Source of the DNA: a virus
DNA length: 64,000 bases
Virus record (IMG/VR): IMGVR_UViG_3300021368_000005
Location: 1-64,000 of that record
Strand: one strand, 5' to 3'
Numbering within the stretch: position 1 is the first letter of the stretch; each line of letters starts with the position of its first letter. The notes beneath the pieces are model-generated. The model was not told where the DNA came from and did not search any database. It was given only the letters and a program-made list of their open reading frames with translations. Shown piece after piece: positions 55,993-64,000 of the stretch. A program made the position numbers and the translations under genes.

Positions 55993-56654
55993 TACGAATA
56001 TTCGTTTAGTAATTTTAATAACTCATCGAGAGCTTCATGTCTATGATTATCTTGTAAAGATACAGAATATACATATTGTGATGATTTGAGTTTTGGTACA
56101 TCATGTACTGCAGAATCATTTGAAAACTTCAAATCTATTTGTTGAGGGTCACCTGTAAGAACCATAGTAGAACCTTTACCCAACCTACCCAATACCATAC
56201 CAAGTTGTTGTTTAGTTAGATTTTGAAACTCATCTACAATCACACAAGCGTTATCAAATGTTCTACCTCTAAAGTGAGATAGTGATACTAACTCAATGTT
56301 TTCATCCGATTCCATCTTCTGTAATATATCAGGTTTGTTATAAACCTTTCTCATATTAGAACGAATCGGTACTAACCAAGGCTCCATCTTTTCATCTAAT
56401 GAACCTGGTAGGTATCCATTATCTTCGTTTGATACTGTTGGTCTTGTTATAATGATTTGATTTATCTGTCTTGTAAAAAACATATCTAATGCAACTTGTA
56501 CCGCTAGTAAGGTTTTTCCACTACCAGCTTTACCCAATATAAAATTATATGGGTGATATAAGATGTTTGCTTTAGCATCTTTTTGTTCTTCTGAAAGAGT
56601 TATTGAAAATTTTATTTTACCTTTTGGTGCCTGTTTACTCATGTTCTGTGCCAT
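55992..56654 (-). CDS. phoH: PhoH family ATPase
   Basis: GKAGSGKT, TRP, GYLPG, RGRTF, DEFQN, GRLG, TGDPQQID. Confidence 0.95.
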   Translation of the reverse strand: MAQNMSKQAPKGKIKFSITLSEEQKDAKANILYHPYNFILGKAGSGKTLLAVQVALDMFFTRQINQIIITRPTVSNEDNGYLPGSLDEKMEPWLVPIRSNMRKVYNKPDILQKMESDENIELVSLSHFRGRTFDNACVIVDEFQNLTKQQLGMVLGRLGKGSTMVLTGDPQQIDLKFSNDSAVHDVPKLKSSQYVYSVSLQDNHRHEALDELLKLLNEYS

Positions 56655-57189
56655 TTTTTTCCTTTATAAAATTATGATTAGTGAAACCGTTTCTATAACA
56701 TAATTGTGCAGATGCTCGATTCCAATCATCTGAGTAAAGATACATTGTGTCTGTATTCGTTGAATCGAAACTATATTCAAATCCTTGTCTATAAAATATC
56801 ATTGCAGAATTACCTCTATCTGGTTTGTGCTTTCTACTTACCAGAGCTCCTCCAATATAAATTTCATTTTCGTTTATATCCTGATAATGAGATTTCCAAT
56901 CAACAGTTACACAATTAGTATTAGTCCAATGCCATCCTAAACACTTTTCTTCATACATCCATAAATGACATTGTGAACCAAACTCCAACCTTTCATAAAC
57001 TATTTCAGGAGTTGGTGTACCATCCCATTGTAAATCTTCATGGTGATACTCGATTGATTTTTTTATGTGATTTAAGTTTTGGGAAAAGTTATCTGTTGAT
57101 AGTGTATTGAACCAATATCTATTATCAAACTTATGAGGACGTAGATTATGTTTATATAATCTAAATTGAACTATGTTATTTATATTCAT
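56635..57189 (-). CDS. GNAT-like acyltransferase
   Basis: EIYIGGALVSRKH...RG...WNRASAQLCYRNGF resembles GNAT motifs A and B; late motif at 57209. Confidence 0.6.
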   Translation of the reverse strand: MNINNIVQFRLYKHNLRPHKFDNRYWFNTLSTDNFSQNLNHIKKSIEYHHEDLQWDGTPTPEIVYERLEFGSQCHLWMYEEKCLGWHWTNTNCVTVDWKSHYQDINENEIYIGGALVSRKHKPDRGNSAMIFYRQGFEYSFDSTNTDTMYLYSDDWNRASAQLCYRNGFTNHNFIKEKNGTEHE

Positions 57190-57232
57190 AAAGTAACTTC
57201 TTTACTAATATAAATATTATACTATTTTTTTA

Positions 57233-57739
57233 TTATATGATAGAGTTAGTTTTTAGATGTTTTGTTTCATCGAACCACCAAAAAACAGCAACTTCTCTAT
57301 AACCATTTTTTATTTCTCGTACTTCGTGCATATCAGTACCACCATTATAAGTTATATATTCTTTCTTACTTTCAAATGGAACAAATTTATTATTGATATA
57401 AAACTCCCCACCTTCCAATTCAATTGATTCCAACATTATAACAAGAGTAAATGTAGATTTATCATAATGAGCTTTTGTTTTTGCATTTGGAGAATACTGT
57501 ATTTTATGCATTGTTACAATATTATTCTCATCTTGATTAACCAATTCACTAACAAATTTTTTAAGTTCGGTATTATCTAAACTATAATAAGTCATTTTAT
57601 GATGACCACCAACATATCCCTTTGTTTTGTAAACACCAGGTGCTGTTTCTTTTAATTCTTCGTATTCTTTAGGATTAGATATTTTAGCGGAGTTTAACAA
57701 ATCTTTCAATTTGTTATATTCTATATCAGTTAGTTTCAT
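57233..57739 (-). CDS. 2OG-Fe(II) oxygenase
   Basis: Y...HYD...LEGGEF...HEVREIKNGYREVAVFW. Confidence 0.82.
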   Translation of the reverse strand: MKLTDIEYNKLKDLLNSAKISNPKEYEELKETAPGVYKTKGYVGGHHKMTYYSLDNTELKKFVSELVNQDENNIVTMHKIQYSPNAKTKAHYDKSTFTLVIMLESIELEGGEFYINNKFVPFESKKEYITYNGGTDMHEVREIKNGYREVAVFWWFDETKHLKTNSII

Positions 57740-57748
57740 TATAAGAAA

Positions 57749-58129
57749 TTAAATTACCTTTTCTCTGTACTTTCCATTTAGAGGAATCCCTCTTCTGATT
57801 GCCTCTAAATCAGATAAGAACCAATCTATATCTGCACACTTTTCGTAGTTTTCTTGTTTTTCAAACCATCGTAGACATATAGTTAGAAATTCTTTGAATT
57901 CTTCATTTGGGATTCTAATAACTGCACCAGCATTTGGATGAATTACCATCACCAATTCTTTTTTACCTAATTTAGAAGCTTTGTGTATTTGAGATGATAT
58001 CTGGTCAAGAACTTCATTTCCTCTAGATTCCAAAAATGTTTTTGCTCTAGGATTCTCGTTTACATCTAAGTATCTTCTCCAATTTACCGTACTAAATGCT
58101 GTTGCTCTTTTCATACAATTACTGTTCAT
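57749..58129 (-). CDS. Hypothetical protein with UvrB/C-like motif
   Basis: FEKQENYEKCA. Confidence 0.55.
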   Translation of the reverse strand: MNSNCMKRATAFSTVNWRRYLDVNENPRAKTFLESRGNEVLDQISSQIHKASKLGKKELVMVIHPNAGAVIRIPNEEFKEFLTICLRWFEKQENYEKCADIDWFLSDLEAIRRGIPLNGKYREKVI

Positions 58130-59030
58130 TAAATGATGTTATTGGAGCATAACTATTTTTTTGGTCTATACCTGTTATAACATCATCAAAGTTTAATCCC
58201 ATTGGTTGGTCATATGATATAACAGAGAATGGTTGAATTCCACTTCCTCCACTTGATGGTGCAATTCTTATAGTATCTCCCTTAACATTATTACTATTAT
58301 CTGATGATTTAATTCTATCAGTTAACTTACCTCTACTACGCGAAAAGAATCCACCTCCTTTACTTTTTGGTGCTGGTCTAGGAACATCTCCCTTCTTAAC
58401 TGTAATTGGTTTCGGTTCTTCTGCTTCCACTTTAATTACAGGTTCAGGTGGTTTGGGTTGTGTAATTGTTGGTGGAGTTGATATAGTAACCGAGGTTGCT
58501 GTTGAAATATCTTCAAATGTTTCAAACTCCAAACCAGGATATTGACCAGAAACATCTAAATCAGGTGAATAACTAGTAGTGAATATACTAAAGCTTCCAA
58601 TACTTTGTGGAGCCAAAACAGTATCAGTTGTGTTTGGATTGAAAAAATCATTTAAGTAAGTTAATACATCGGTTACTGTTGTAATTTTTCTAGTTACAGC
58701 AACTTCCGCATATCTAGTTCGTGTTGTACCACCATGAACAATAACATCGGGTTCTTGTCTAGTTACAGAACCCAATGTAACACTTATAGTTGGTATTGTA
58801 CTTTTAGATATATAAGGGTTACCTAATCTTTTTAGTGAATTTAGATAACCAGCATCTGTGTATGCGGCTCCATTTATTTTTATAATTATTCCATTTAGGT
58901 ATGGATAATTGACACCACTAATCCCTTCAAGTCCATCGTTTCTTACAGACCCTATTGAACCAAGTGGTCCTCTTAATGAGTTTCCACTATATGTTCCATA
59001 CTGATTCGTTATGTCAGATAATGATATCAT
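58119..59030 (-). CDS. Late hypothetical protein, possibly virion-associated
   Basis: Thr/Ser/Pro-rich; late motif variant at 59036-59044. Confidence 0.55.
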   Translation of the reverse strand: MISLSDITNQYGTYSGNSLRGPLGSIGSVRNDGLEGISGVNYPYLNGIIIKINGAAYTDAGYLNSLKRLGNPYISKSTIPTISVTLGSVTRQEPDVIVHGGTTRTRYAEVAVTRKITTVTDVLTYLNDFFNPNTTDTVLAPQSIGSFSIFTTSYSPDLDVSGQYPGLEFETFEDISTATSVTISTPPTITQPKPPEPVIKVEAEEPKPITVKKGDVPRPAPKSKGGGFFSRSRGKLTDRIKSSDNSNNVKGDTIRIAPSSGGSGIQPFSVISYDQPMGLNFDDVITGIDQKNSYAPITSFNEQ

Positions 59031-59056
59031 ATACTAATAAATATAGGGAAAACTAA

Positions 59057-59215
59057 TTACTTGGTAAGTTCGTGAAAAGCTTTATGAATGGAGTTGTGTG
59101 TATCTAGTGAAGAGTCATCTTCTCTAAATTTTTGTGCAAGTTCCCAGACCTCTGTTCTTATTCCGAGTGAATGGGATTTGTATAGGATTTCTTCTGTGAT
59201 TTTTTCATTTGTCAT
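59057..59215 (-). CDS. 52-aa hypothetical protein
   Basis: Hand translation MTNEKITEEILYKSHSLGIRTEVWELAQKF... Confidence 0.55.
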   Translation of the reverse strand: MTNEKITEEILYKSHSLGIRTEVWELAQKFREDDSSLDTHNSIHKAFHELTK

Positions 59216-59217
59216 AA

Positions 59218-59676
59218 CTACATACCTGCAAAAGAATCATCGTAAAATTGTACATTAACTCCTGCCTCCTCTAACATTGACCAACTTCTTTCGTAGTTTT
59301 CTTCCCAATGTGAGCCTTTAGTAGTAACACCTCTTTCACAAAAAATTCTTGTTATACCTGAGTTTATAATTCCTCGTGCACAATCTGAACAAGGGATTCC
59401 ACAACTGAGATACATTGTACAATCTTTGGTTGATACTCCAATTCTTGCTGCATTATAAATAGCATTTCTCTCAGCATGTTCAAACCAAAAATACTTTTCT
59501 GGCCTTTGTTGTCTTTCTTTTTCGTTATCCTTTAATCCTCTTGGAAATGAGTTGTAACCAGTAGATACAATTTCCTTATCCTTACCAACAATGATTGCAC
59601 CGATTTGTGTGTTCTCATCTTTGGATTTAAGTTTGACTGTGTGAGCCAATGTTCTAAAATATTCTACCCATCTCAT
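59218..59676 (-). CDS. dCMP deaminase
   Basis: SKD...IGA, STGYN, HAERNAI, PCSDC. Confidence 0.93.
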   Translation of the reverse strand: MRWVEYFRTLAHTVKLKSKDENTQIGAIIVGKDKEIVSTGYNSFPRGLKDNEKERQQRPEKYFWFEHAERNAIYNAARIGVSTKDCTMYLSCGIPCSDCARGIINSGITRIFCERGVTTKGSHWEENYERSWSMLEEAGVNVQFYDDSFAGM

Positions 59677-60203
59677 ATTATATAACTATCTATGTTTTTA
59701 TTTTTTATTTTATCTACTCTAAGTCTATTATTTGAATTTGTATCAAAAATATCTTCATAATAAGTTATGGGTATTGAGGTTTTTTCAGATAAGGAATTCA
59801 AATATTTATTAGATTCAGTTATGTGATTTAATGCATGCTTAATATTTGGTAATGATTTATATTCATATTTATCATACCAGTTATTTGTCCAAAGAGCGCT
59901 TGCATATGATTCTGAGGCTTCTTTTGTATTTTTTCTTGATAATAAAATTACTTCATCAAATTCTTTTACAAAATCTATTGACCATTCTAGCCATCTATCA
60001 TAATTAATTTTTTTAGAATAAGTGCCATCTTGTCCTACAAGTAATTTAACAACAACATTTTTTTTATCACTAGTATATAAGTTTTTTTCATATGCCCTAT
60101 AACTAAATGGTTCGAATATATGTTCTAAATTTTTTTCAGAAGAAATGGATTTCATTAAAGAAGTAGAGCCAGACCTTGGTACTGATATTATTAATACTTT
60201 CAT
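59673..60203 (-). CDS. Sulfotransferase-like protein (P-loop fold)
   Basis: ISVPRSGSTSL...IFEPF...ILLSRKN...ESY...YYEDIF. Confidence 0.7.
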   Translation of the reverse strand: MKVLIISVPRSGSTSLMKSISSEKNLEHIFEPFSYRAYEKNLYTSDKKNVVVKLLVGQDGTYSKKINYDRWLEWSIDFVKEFDEVILLSRKNTKEASESYASALWTNNWYDKYEYKSLPNIKHALNHITESNKYLNSLSEKTSIPITYYEDIFDTNSNNRLRVDKIKNKNIDSYII

Positions 60204-60211
60204 ATATATAA

Positions 60212-60427
60212 CTATATTAGTTTAACTATTTCAGCATCTTCTATTTCATTACAAAAGATAAATAAGTTTAATCTGTTAGATTTGAATACGATATCACACC
60301 CCAACCACTCCTTTACTGCCTGTGCATTTAGAACTCGTGTTATTGGATATCTAGCTACAATTTGATATGGGGTTTGGTTTATATATTCTATGGGACCACA
60401 TTTATCAGGATACCTACCAGTTCTCAT
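60212..60427 (-). CDS. Hypothetical protein
   Basis: ORF track. Confidence 0.55.
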   Translation of the reverse strand: MRTGRYPDKCGPIEYINQTPYQIVARYPITRVLNAQAVKEWLGCDIVFKSNRLNLFIFCNEIEDAEIVKLI

Positions 60428-60990
60428 TACACAAATTTATTTTCACGAACCCATACAATTAATATCCACTTTTCACCTTTAGTAACAGGTAAACCAGCAT
60501 GTTCTGATTCGGCTATCCCCATTCCATTTTCATAATTTAACCAACATATAGCTTTTCCTAATTCTGGTTTAACTACTTTTTTTAGTTGAGGAAACTCAGT
60601 TGCACCACCTTCAAAATCATCATTTAAGTAAACTAAAAAAGAATGTGTTCTATTTCCAGATTCACCGATTTCAACGTTCTCATCAACACTATCTTTAGAA
60701 AAAAAATCATGATGAATTTTATACTCACCCCCCACATCATATTTTACGATATGAAGTTCTTCTTGATTTTCAATTGGGGTTTGTGTCAAATAAGATACTT
60801 GTTTTTTTATTTCATCTAAATAAGGTGAATCTATATCACCCAACCAACAAGAGTTAGCAACTCTATATCCTTCTATTTCCTCACCAACAGTACCAGCCTC
60901 TTCTAACTTAGTTGATGCAAGTCCAATTAAGAAGTCACACCATTGTTTAGAAAAAAACTTAGGATACTGTACTAATATGTTAGATTCCAT
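60427..60990 (-). CDS. Prolyl 4-hydroxylase-like 2OG-Fe(II) oxygenase
   Basis: [55 protein letters not shown]...WVRE. Confidence 0.9.
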   Translation of the reverse strand: MESNILVQYPKFFSKQWCDFLIGLASTKLEEAGTVGEEIEGYRVANSCWLGDIDSPYLDEIKKQVSYLTQTPIENQEELHIVKYDVGGEYKIHHDFFSKDSVDENVEIGESGNRTHSFLVYLNDDFEGGATEFPQLKKVVKPELGKAICWLNYENGMGIAESEHAGLPVTKGEKWILIVWVRENKFV

Positions 60991-61006
60991 AATAATAAAT
61001 TATTTA

Positions 61007-61092
<86 letters not shown>

Positions 61093-61134
61093 TACCTTTG
61101 AATTACCAAATAGTAAATTGTGTTTTAATATTAG

Positions 61135-61208
61135 AGCCTTTGGAGGGACTCGAACCCACGACCTGTTGATTACAAATCAACTGCTCTAGCCAGCTGAGCT
61201 ACAAAGGC
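61135..61208 (-). tRNA. trnT: tRNA-Thr(UGU)
   Basis: GCCTTTG acceptor, GTTGA-TT-TGT-AA-TCAAC arm, GGTTCGAGTCC; one T-stem mismatch. Confidence 0.93.
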
Positions 61209-61214
61209 GTTTTG

Positions 61215-61553
61215 TTAGAAGTTTTGTCTTAGTGCCAAAAAATCATCTCTCATTTGTTGTACCTCTTTTAGTAGTTCTTCGTTTGTTGGAGGTATTCTTT
61301 CCATAATAGATTTTGTAAGTATATCTAATTTATTTATTGTATCTTTTTTTATATTGGTTTCAGTATCAACAATAAATTGATTTAACTCTAACAAATCATT
61401 ATTAATTCTTAAATGAGTTTGTTGGTCAGTTATAGATATTCTATTATTCGTTTCTATATGTAAATCTTCTACTCTTTTTTGTAGTTTATATATTCCTCTT
61501 GCTAACAAAATACATGAGGTAGATAAAAGTACTATTGCTATTGTTGTAATCAT
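61215..61553 (-). CDS. N-terminally anchored coiled-coil protein
   Basis: Hydrophobic N-terminus, then a helical region; lies between tRNAs. Confidence 0.6.
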   Translation of the reverse strand: MITTIAIVLLSTSCILLARGIYKLQKRVEDLHIETNNRISITDQQTHLRINNDLLELNQFIVDTETNIKKDTINKLDILTKSIMERIPPTNEELLKEVQQMRDDFLALRQNF

Positions 61554-61567
61554 AATTTATAATTTAG

Positions 61568-61639
61568 TAGCCCCTAGGAGAATCGAACTCCTCTTTCCAG
61601 GATGAAAACCTGGCGTCCTAACCGATAGACGAAGGGGCC
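61568..61639 (-). tRNA. trnE: tRNA-Glu(UUC)
   Basis: GGCCCCT acceptor, CCAGG-TT-TTC-AT-CCTGG arm, AGTTCGATTC. Confidence 0.95.
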
Positions 61640-62109
61640 AAAATTTTCTTCTCAACTGATTGAAAAGAAAACTTAAGTAGGTAACTGAAAAACAAATCAC
61701 CTAATATAGAGTTTATAAAGAAGGGTAATGCCATTGTATAACAAAGTAAAAACCCTTCCAATGTTTTAGGGTAACCACCTAACCAAACTCCAAAGTTGGT
61801 GATTATGAAAAATATTAGAGATGATATTAGTACGTTGTGTACTTTTATTTTTTTCCAATATCTACCCAATAAACTTATTAATAAAAAAGAACCATAAACC
61901 CATAGTGTAATTCCATAGAATCCTAAATAGATATCTGATAGAACCATTGCTATAAGTGGTAGGGATATTCCCAACCATTTGTTCTTGAAATTTGTTGAAC
62001 CAAATAAAGCCAATGCTGTGATTGGTGTAAAGTTTGGTGGATGTGGTAATAATCTTACTAACACAGCCACAACAACAAATCCAATAAGTAATAGTTCTCT
62101 TTTATTCAT
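61618..62109 (-). CDS. DUF6580-like membrane protein (putative ECF S-component-type transporter)
   Basis: RLLPHPPNFTPITALALF...SD...SSLIFFIITNFGVW...YPKTLEG...CY..ALPFF.N...GDL. Confidence 0.8.
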   Translation of the reverse strand: MNKRELLLIGFVVVAVLVRLLPHPPNFTPITALALFGSTNFKNKWLGISLPLIAMVLSDIYLGFYGITLWVYGSFLLISLLGRYWKKIKVHNVLISSLIFFIITNFGVWLGGYPKTLEGFLLCYTMALPFFINSILGDLFFSYLLKFSFQSVEKKILAPSSIG

Positions 62110-62114
62110 ATATT

Positions 62115-62993
62115 TTATAGATTCTCGTATTCAGTAATGAATTCGATGAACCAAGCAATTAACGTATATTCTTTAGCAGCGTTCCAAGCAGTTGTTAGTT
62201 CATCTACTAAAGTTCTAAAGTTAATCACATTTGTATCTGTTGATGTATCGTAAAAATTACTAACGGCTGTAGTCATTGATACAGTACCACTTTTGATTGC
62301 GTTATCGAATAACCAATCAGATTCAGCACTAATCAATCCTTTCAACGTAGTTGCCGATACACTTGAAGAAGTTAAACCAATTGAGATTGAATCAATTGCT
62401 TTGTTAAGATTAACATCTGTAATAGTTGCTGCAACCATAACATCTAATTTATCTCTCAATAGTTTGAAATTCTTATACGTTAAAATCTCATCTTCCAATA
62501 CAGCAGCTTGTGCTTGTAACGTAGTAACTTGAGTTTGAAGAGAAGTTACACTTGTAGTAAGTGTAGTAACTTGTTCTGTCAATGTAGTGTTACTTGTTGT
62601 TAACGTAGTATTAGAAGTAGTTAACGTTGCTACTTGTGCATCTAAAACATCCTTTTCAGAAGTTAAAGTTGCAACTTGTGCATTCAAATCAGCTACGTTA
62701 TCAGTTAATGTTTGAACTGTTGCATTTTCAGCGGTTAACGTAGTGTTTGATTCAGTAAGAGTACTTACAGAAGCTTCTAAACTAGCAACTTCAGTTGTTA
62801 GATTAGTAACTTGTGTTGTAAGGTCTGTTACTTGTGTTGTCAACGTATTGTTATCAAATTGTAACTCAGTAATCTGAGTGTTCAATTGATTCTTAATGTT
62901 GTCAACATCCTCTGGTGAAAGCCAATCGGACTTTTCACAACTTACAGTTATTCCAATAACTGAAAGCAAAAATAATAAAATTACTTTTTTCAT
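62115..62993 (-). CDS. Lipoprotein with long Thr-rich heptad coiled coil
   Basis: Signal ending ITVSC; LTTQVTD/LTTSNTT heptad repeats. Confidence 0.7.
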   Translation of the reverse strand: MKKVILLFLLSVIGITVSCEKSDWLSPEDVDNIKNQLNTQITELQFDNNTLTTQVTDLTTQVTNLTTEVASLEASVSTLTESNTTLTAENATVQTLTDNVADLNAQVATLTSEKDVLDAQVATLTTSNTTLTTSNTTLTEQVTTLTTSVTSLQTQVTTLQAQAAVLEDEILTYKNFKLLRDKLDVMVAATITDVNLNKAIDSISIGLTSSSVSATTLKGLISAESDWLFDNAIKSGTVSMTTAVSNFYDTSTDTNVINFRTLVDELTTAWNAAKEYTLIAWFIEFITEYENL

Positions 62994-63018
62994 AATTACA
63001 TTAATTTAGTTAATGTAG

Positions 63019-63092
63019 TGGAGAATATCGGAGTCGAACCGATGACCTCTTCGGTGCAAGCGAAGCGCTCTAGCCATCTGAGCTAATTCCCC
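63019..63092 (-). tRNA. trnA: tRNA-Ala(UGC)
   Basis: GGGGAAT acceptor with G3:U70, CTTCG-CT-TGC-AC-CGAAG arm, GGTTCGACTCC. Confidence 0.96.
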
Positions 63093-63100
63093 TTCGAGTA

Positions 63101-63109
63101 TATAAGTAT
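63101..63109 (-). promoter_or_regulatory. Late-type motif variant (sense ATACTTATA) 8 nt upstream of tRNA-Ala
   Basis: Matches ATAnTTATA; its position suggests transcription starts a few nt downstream. Confidence 0.55.
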
Positions 63110-63129
63110 ATATAACTTATATTCTTGAA

Positions 63130-63321
63130 TCAGGACCAATCATCATCATCATAGTTTTTCCAATTCTTTTTGGATTTACCTTTTCGAGAATAATCTTTTT
63201 TAGATTTATGAACCCTTTCGGTAGTTTTTTTACCAATGTGGTGAGATGCCTCACCATAGGTCATATCATCCCAAGTCAATTTCTCTTGATACTGGTTTTT
63301 CTTCTTCTGTTTCTTCATCAC
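63130..63321 (-). CDS. Small basic protein (ArfA/BrfA-like motif, tentative)
   Basis: ERVHKSKKDYSRKGK; start uncertain. Confidence 0.5.
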   Translation of the reverse strand: MMKKQKKKNQYQEKLTWDDMTYGEASHHIGKKTTERVHKSKKDYSRKGKSKKNWKNYDDDDWS

Positions 63322-63466
63322 TAATCAGTTCCATTTTGGTATTATTCCTATGTCTTAGATACTGTTGCTCAGTCCAAGTTGGAGTTCTATCGGTTATAAA
63401 CTCTAATGAATAAATCTTTTGAGATTGCTCTCCTTCTTCGGTAACTAAATATGTTAATTTTCTCAT
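63266..63466 (-). CDS. Hypothetical protein
   Basis: ORF track. Confidence 0.55.
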   Translation of the reverse strand: MRKLTYLVTEEGEQSQKIYSLEFITDRTPTWTEQQYLRHRNNTKMELISDEETEEEKPVSREIDLG

Positions 63467-63957
63467 AAGTTTTCTTGGTATAAACTTTCTCTTAGAGTAT
63501 CCAAATCTAACAAAATATCTGAATCCCCTACTGTGTGATTTAATTCTTCTATCTTATGTTCTTCTGAAGTATATCTGAATGCTCCACTTAAACCATCTTT
63601 ATTAATATATGTTCCTGTCAGAAATGATTTTTTACTAACCTCTTTAATATTTTCAGCAAGCTTTAATAATAATTGATGAGGTACAGAGTTCTCTGTTGTT
63701 ATTTCCAAAACTATATTATCCAAATCATCAACATGATATGATGATGATATATTCCAAACTCCTGCTCCAAGTGTTTCATTCCATGATTGTTCATCTGTAA
63801 TATCAACATCAAATATATTCTTAACTAGTTCGTTTGCACCTAGAAAAGTTTCATCTTTAGATTTAGTAAATATTTTATCTAAATATTTAGATAACTTACT
63901 ATTTCCACCATGGAATTTAAGTGATGTGTAAAATAAAACTGGTAATTGCTCTTCCAT
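63463..63957 (-). CDS. Early hypothetical protein
   Basis: Downstream of a TATATTTG promoter element at about 63975. Confidence 0.6.
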   Translation of the reverse strand: MEEQLPVLFYTSLKFHGGNSKLSKYLDKIFTKSKDETFLGANELVKNIFDVDITDEQSWNETLGAGVWNISSSYHVDDLDNIVLEITTENSVPHQLLLKLAENIKEVSKKSFLTGTYINKDGLSGAFRYTSEEHKIEELNHTVGDSDILLDLDTLRESLYQENL

Positions 63958-63970
63958 TTGTTTGTAATGA

Positions 63971-64000
63971 TTTACAAATATACGAAAAAAATATTAGAAA
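63971..64000 (-). promoter_or_regulatory. Host-type early promoter, -7 element (partial)
   Basis: Sense TTTTTCGTATATTTGTAAA; the -33 element lies beyond the window. Confidence 0.65.

Noticed and set aside
9999-60990. Eukaryotic giant virus origin (Mre11-Rad50 fusion, SET, P4H, MTase)
   Set aside because: Contractile-tail baseplate genes, bacterial promoters and terminators, peptide deformylase and a peptidoglycan hydrolase point to a bacteriophage.
62480-62880. DNA repeat element in the lipoprotein gene
   Set aside because: Explained by degenerate heptad coiled-coil coding (LTTxxTx).

Overview
A 64-kb AT-rich segment of a large lytic myovirus-type (T4-like baseplate) phage. The host is most likely in the Bacteroidota/FCB group, based on TTG...TAnnTTTG-type promoters, BACON domains and lipoproteins. 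Almost all genes are on the minus strand. 1-9 kb: a giant tail fibre with a peptidase S74 chaperone, followed by a BACON adhesin. 9-15 kb: a fused SbcD-SbcC nuclease, primase, a GIY-YIG nuclease and a sulfotransferase. 15-35 kb: a baseplate module (gp5-, gp25-, gp6- and gp7-like proteins, tail-collar-like paralogues, a Hint-domain protein). 35-64 kb: a putative late sigma factor, many auxiliary and modifying enzymes (carbamoyltransferase, PDF, MetK, ThyA, SET, UvsE, four 2OG-Fe(II) oxygenases, Hsp20, DNA MTase, radical SAM, PhoH, dCMP deaminase), short early genes and four tRNAs. Two promoter classes are visible: host-type early promoters, and a late-type ATAnTTATA motif that is the reverse complement of the T4 late box. 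The strongest candidate novel signals are: (i) a [S/T]-G-S tripeptide saturating the outer virion proteins, together with a large modifying-enzyme kit (a possible virion decoration system); (ii) Shine-Dalgarno sites on late genes but not on early genes (a possible translational switch); (iii) a Hint autoprocessing domain whose C-extein appears truncated by a fold-back insertion; (iv) operator-like repeats at the RHH gene, hsp20 and a Pho-box-like gene. All family assignments come from motif recognition by eye, and all counts are by hand; no searches were run.
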